Source: Candidatus Acidiferrales bacterium
GTDB taxonomy: Bacteria; Acidobacteriota; Terriglobia; Acidiferrales; UBA7541
Length of the DNA: 64,000 nucleotides
Reading direction: 5' to 3'
Assembly (NCBI GenBank): GCA_046705825.1
Contig: JBJKQB010000352.1
Coordinates: 9,013-73,012 of the forward strand
Shown here piece after piece: positions 63,113 through 64,000 of the stretch. The notes under the pieces were generated by a model. The model saw nothing but the letters and a program-made list of their open reading frames with translations, did no database searches and was not told the DNA's origin. Numbering within the stretch: position 1 is the first letter of the stretch; each line of letters opens with the position of its first letter. The position numbers and the translations under genes are program-made.

Positions 63113-64000
63113 GGTTTGGGCTGGCTTCCTGCCGGGACTTCTCCCGGGACTCCCGCTGCGCTGGGCGCGCTTTCGTTTCCGGAGCGATCCACGGCGGTCA
63201 CACGATACCAGTAACGCTGCCCGGCCACTGCGGACATATCACTGTAAGCCGGAGTTGGCAACAGCGCGGAATTCAAACGCGTGCCTCGCGCGCTCTCCTG
63301 CTCACTCCTGTAGACGTTATACCCCGCTACATCGGTTTCAGGATTGATGTTCCAGGAAAGGTCGAGGTGCGCCGCGCTCCCCTGTTCCGCCGGGACGGGA
63401 ACCACCACGAGCCCGGTCGGAGCAGAAGGCGGAAATACATCGCGCATGGTGATCGTCGCCAGATTCGAGTCGGCCGATTCGTACGGCTGCCCCGCATATG
63501 CAACTACGCTGCGCACGAAATACTGATAGGCCGCGCCCACCGCAACCCCGCGGTCCTCATATTCCGGCGATTCGCTCGTGCCGATTTTCTCGGGAGGCGA
63601 CTGCGCCCCTTTCGCGCCGCCCATGGCGAAGATGCGCGGTTGCGCCGCGGCGCCTTTCTCGCTCGCGCTGCCCGCGGAAAGCTCTGCGCGGTAAATCTCA
63701 TATTTCTGGATCGGCGGCGCAGGGCCTGCGGGAGTCTGCGGCGGGGCGGTCCAACTGAGGCTCACCGCGGATGAAGCCAGCTTCGCCTGCAAATCCGCAA
63801 TCGCTTCCGGAACGGGATAGACCGCAACGGCGGCGATATTCGAATCCGGTGACTGTTTCTTCGGCGAGACGCGCGTGCGCACCACGTAAATGGCAATTTC
63901 ACCCAGGTGCTGCTTCAGAACTTCCGGCATCCACGCGTCGACGTAATGAATCCGTCCTTTTTGCTCGTAATGGCTGGCCACTGCGGAGGGAATCGTAACC
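63109..64000 (-). CDS. fibronectin type III domain-containing protein; N-terminal part lies beyond the window edge
   Basis: The frame stays open to position 64000 upstream of the GTG used by the ORF track. Two FN3-like units (LSWTAPP...KYEIYRAE and LSWNINPETDVAGYNVYRSEQ...YWYRVTAVDRSGNESAPS). Confidence 0.6.
   Translation of the reverse strand, partial: VTIPSAVASHYEQKGRIHYVDAWMPEVLKQHLGEIAIYVVRTRVSPKKQSPDSNIAAVAVYPVPEAIADLQAKLASSAVSLSWTAPPQTPAGPAPPIQKYEIYRAELSAGSASEKGAAAQPRIFAMGGAKGAQSPPEKIGTSESPEYEDRGVAVGAAYQYFVRSVVAYAGQPYESADSNLATITMRDVFPPSAPTGLVVVPVPAEQGSAAHLDLSWNINPETDVAGYNVYRSEQESARGTRLNSALLPTPAYSDMSAVAGQRYWYRVTAVDRSGNESAPSAAGVPGEVPAGSQPKP

Noticed and set aside
1-64000. Search by eye for tRNA, rRNA, tmRNA, RNase P or SRP RNA genes, and for transposase, integrase or phage genes
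   Set aside because: I found no T-loop-like GGTTCGAATCC-type motifs, rRNA-like conserved blocks, or recombinase/transposase translations. Absence judged by eye is not proof, so tRNAscan-SE, Infernal and ISfinder searches should confirm it.

Overview
High-G+C bacterial chromosomal segment, mostly housekeeping and envelope genes. It is most consistent with Acidobacteriota, because it carries two PadR + ADOP-type duplicated MacB/FtsX permease modules, many secreted or outer-membrane hypothetical proteins, and REP-like hairpin repeats in intergenic DNA. This taxon call is inference only. I support about 61 CDS. Recognisable genes include pncB (partial), an HU-family gene, an M20 peptidase, TauE/DUF1634, a phospholipase-B-like Ntn hydrolase, an Omp85(BamA/TamA-like)-SurA_N-TamB operon, gdhA, uppS, pcm, modBC, ruvA, ruvB, a vapBC toxin-antitoxin pair, ruvX-mltG, a PPi-type phosphofructokinase, transaldolase, an SDR + subclass-B3 metallo-beta-lactamase pair and a radical SAM enzyme. 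By eye I found no rRNA, tRNA, CRISPR array, transposase or integrase. I did not find a clear-cut novel multi-gene system. The points most worth a second look are: (1) an ABC ATPase N-terminal fragment fused in frame to a polytopic membrane protein next to a PadR-ADOP module; (2) a B3 metallo-beta-lactamase fused to an NTF2-like domain and translationally coupled to an SDR; (3) a secreted protein with two tandem VirB10/TrbI-like modules inside a cluster of four outer-membrane or secreted protein genes; (4) a eukaryote-type phospholipase-B-like protein; (5) several families of short hairpin repeats concentrated around modBC and ruvAB; (6) a small island (DUF1697, orphan gene, vapBC) that looks lower in G+C. 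All family assignments come from reading the translations and recalling motifs. No database search was run. Many long ORFs in the track are antisense or alternate-frame artefacts of the high G+C content and were rejected. The ORF track uses alternative start codons (GTG/TTG shown as M), and several starts were moved to internal ATG codons with Shine-Dalgarno-like sequences upstream.
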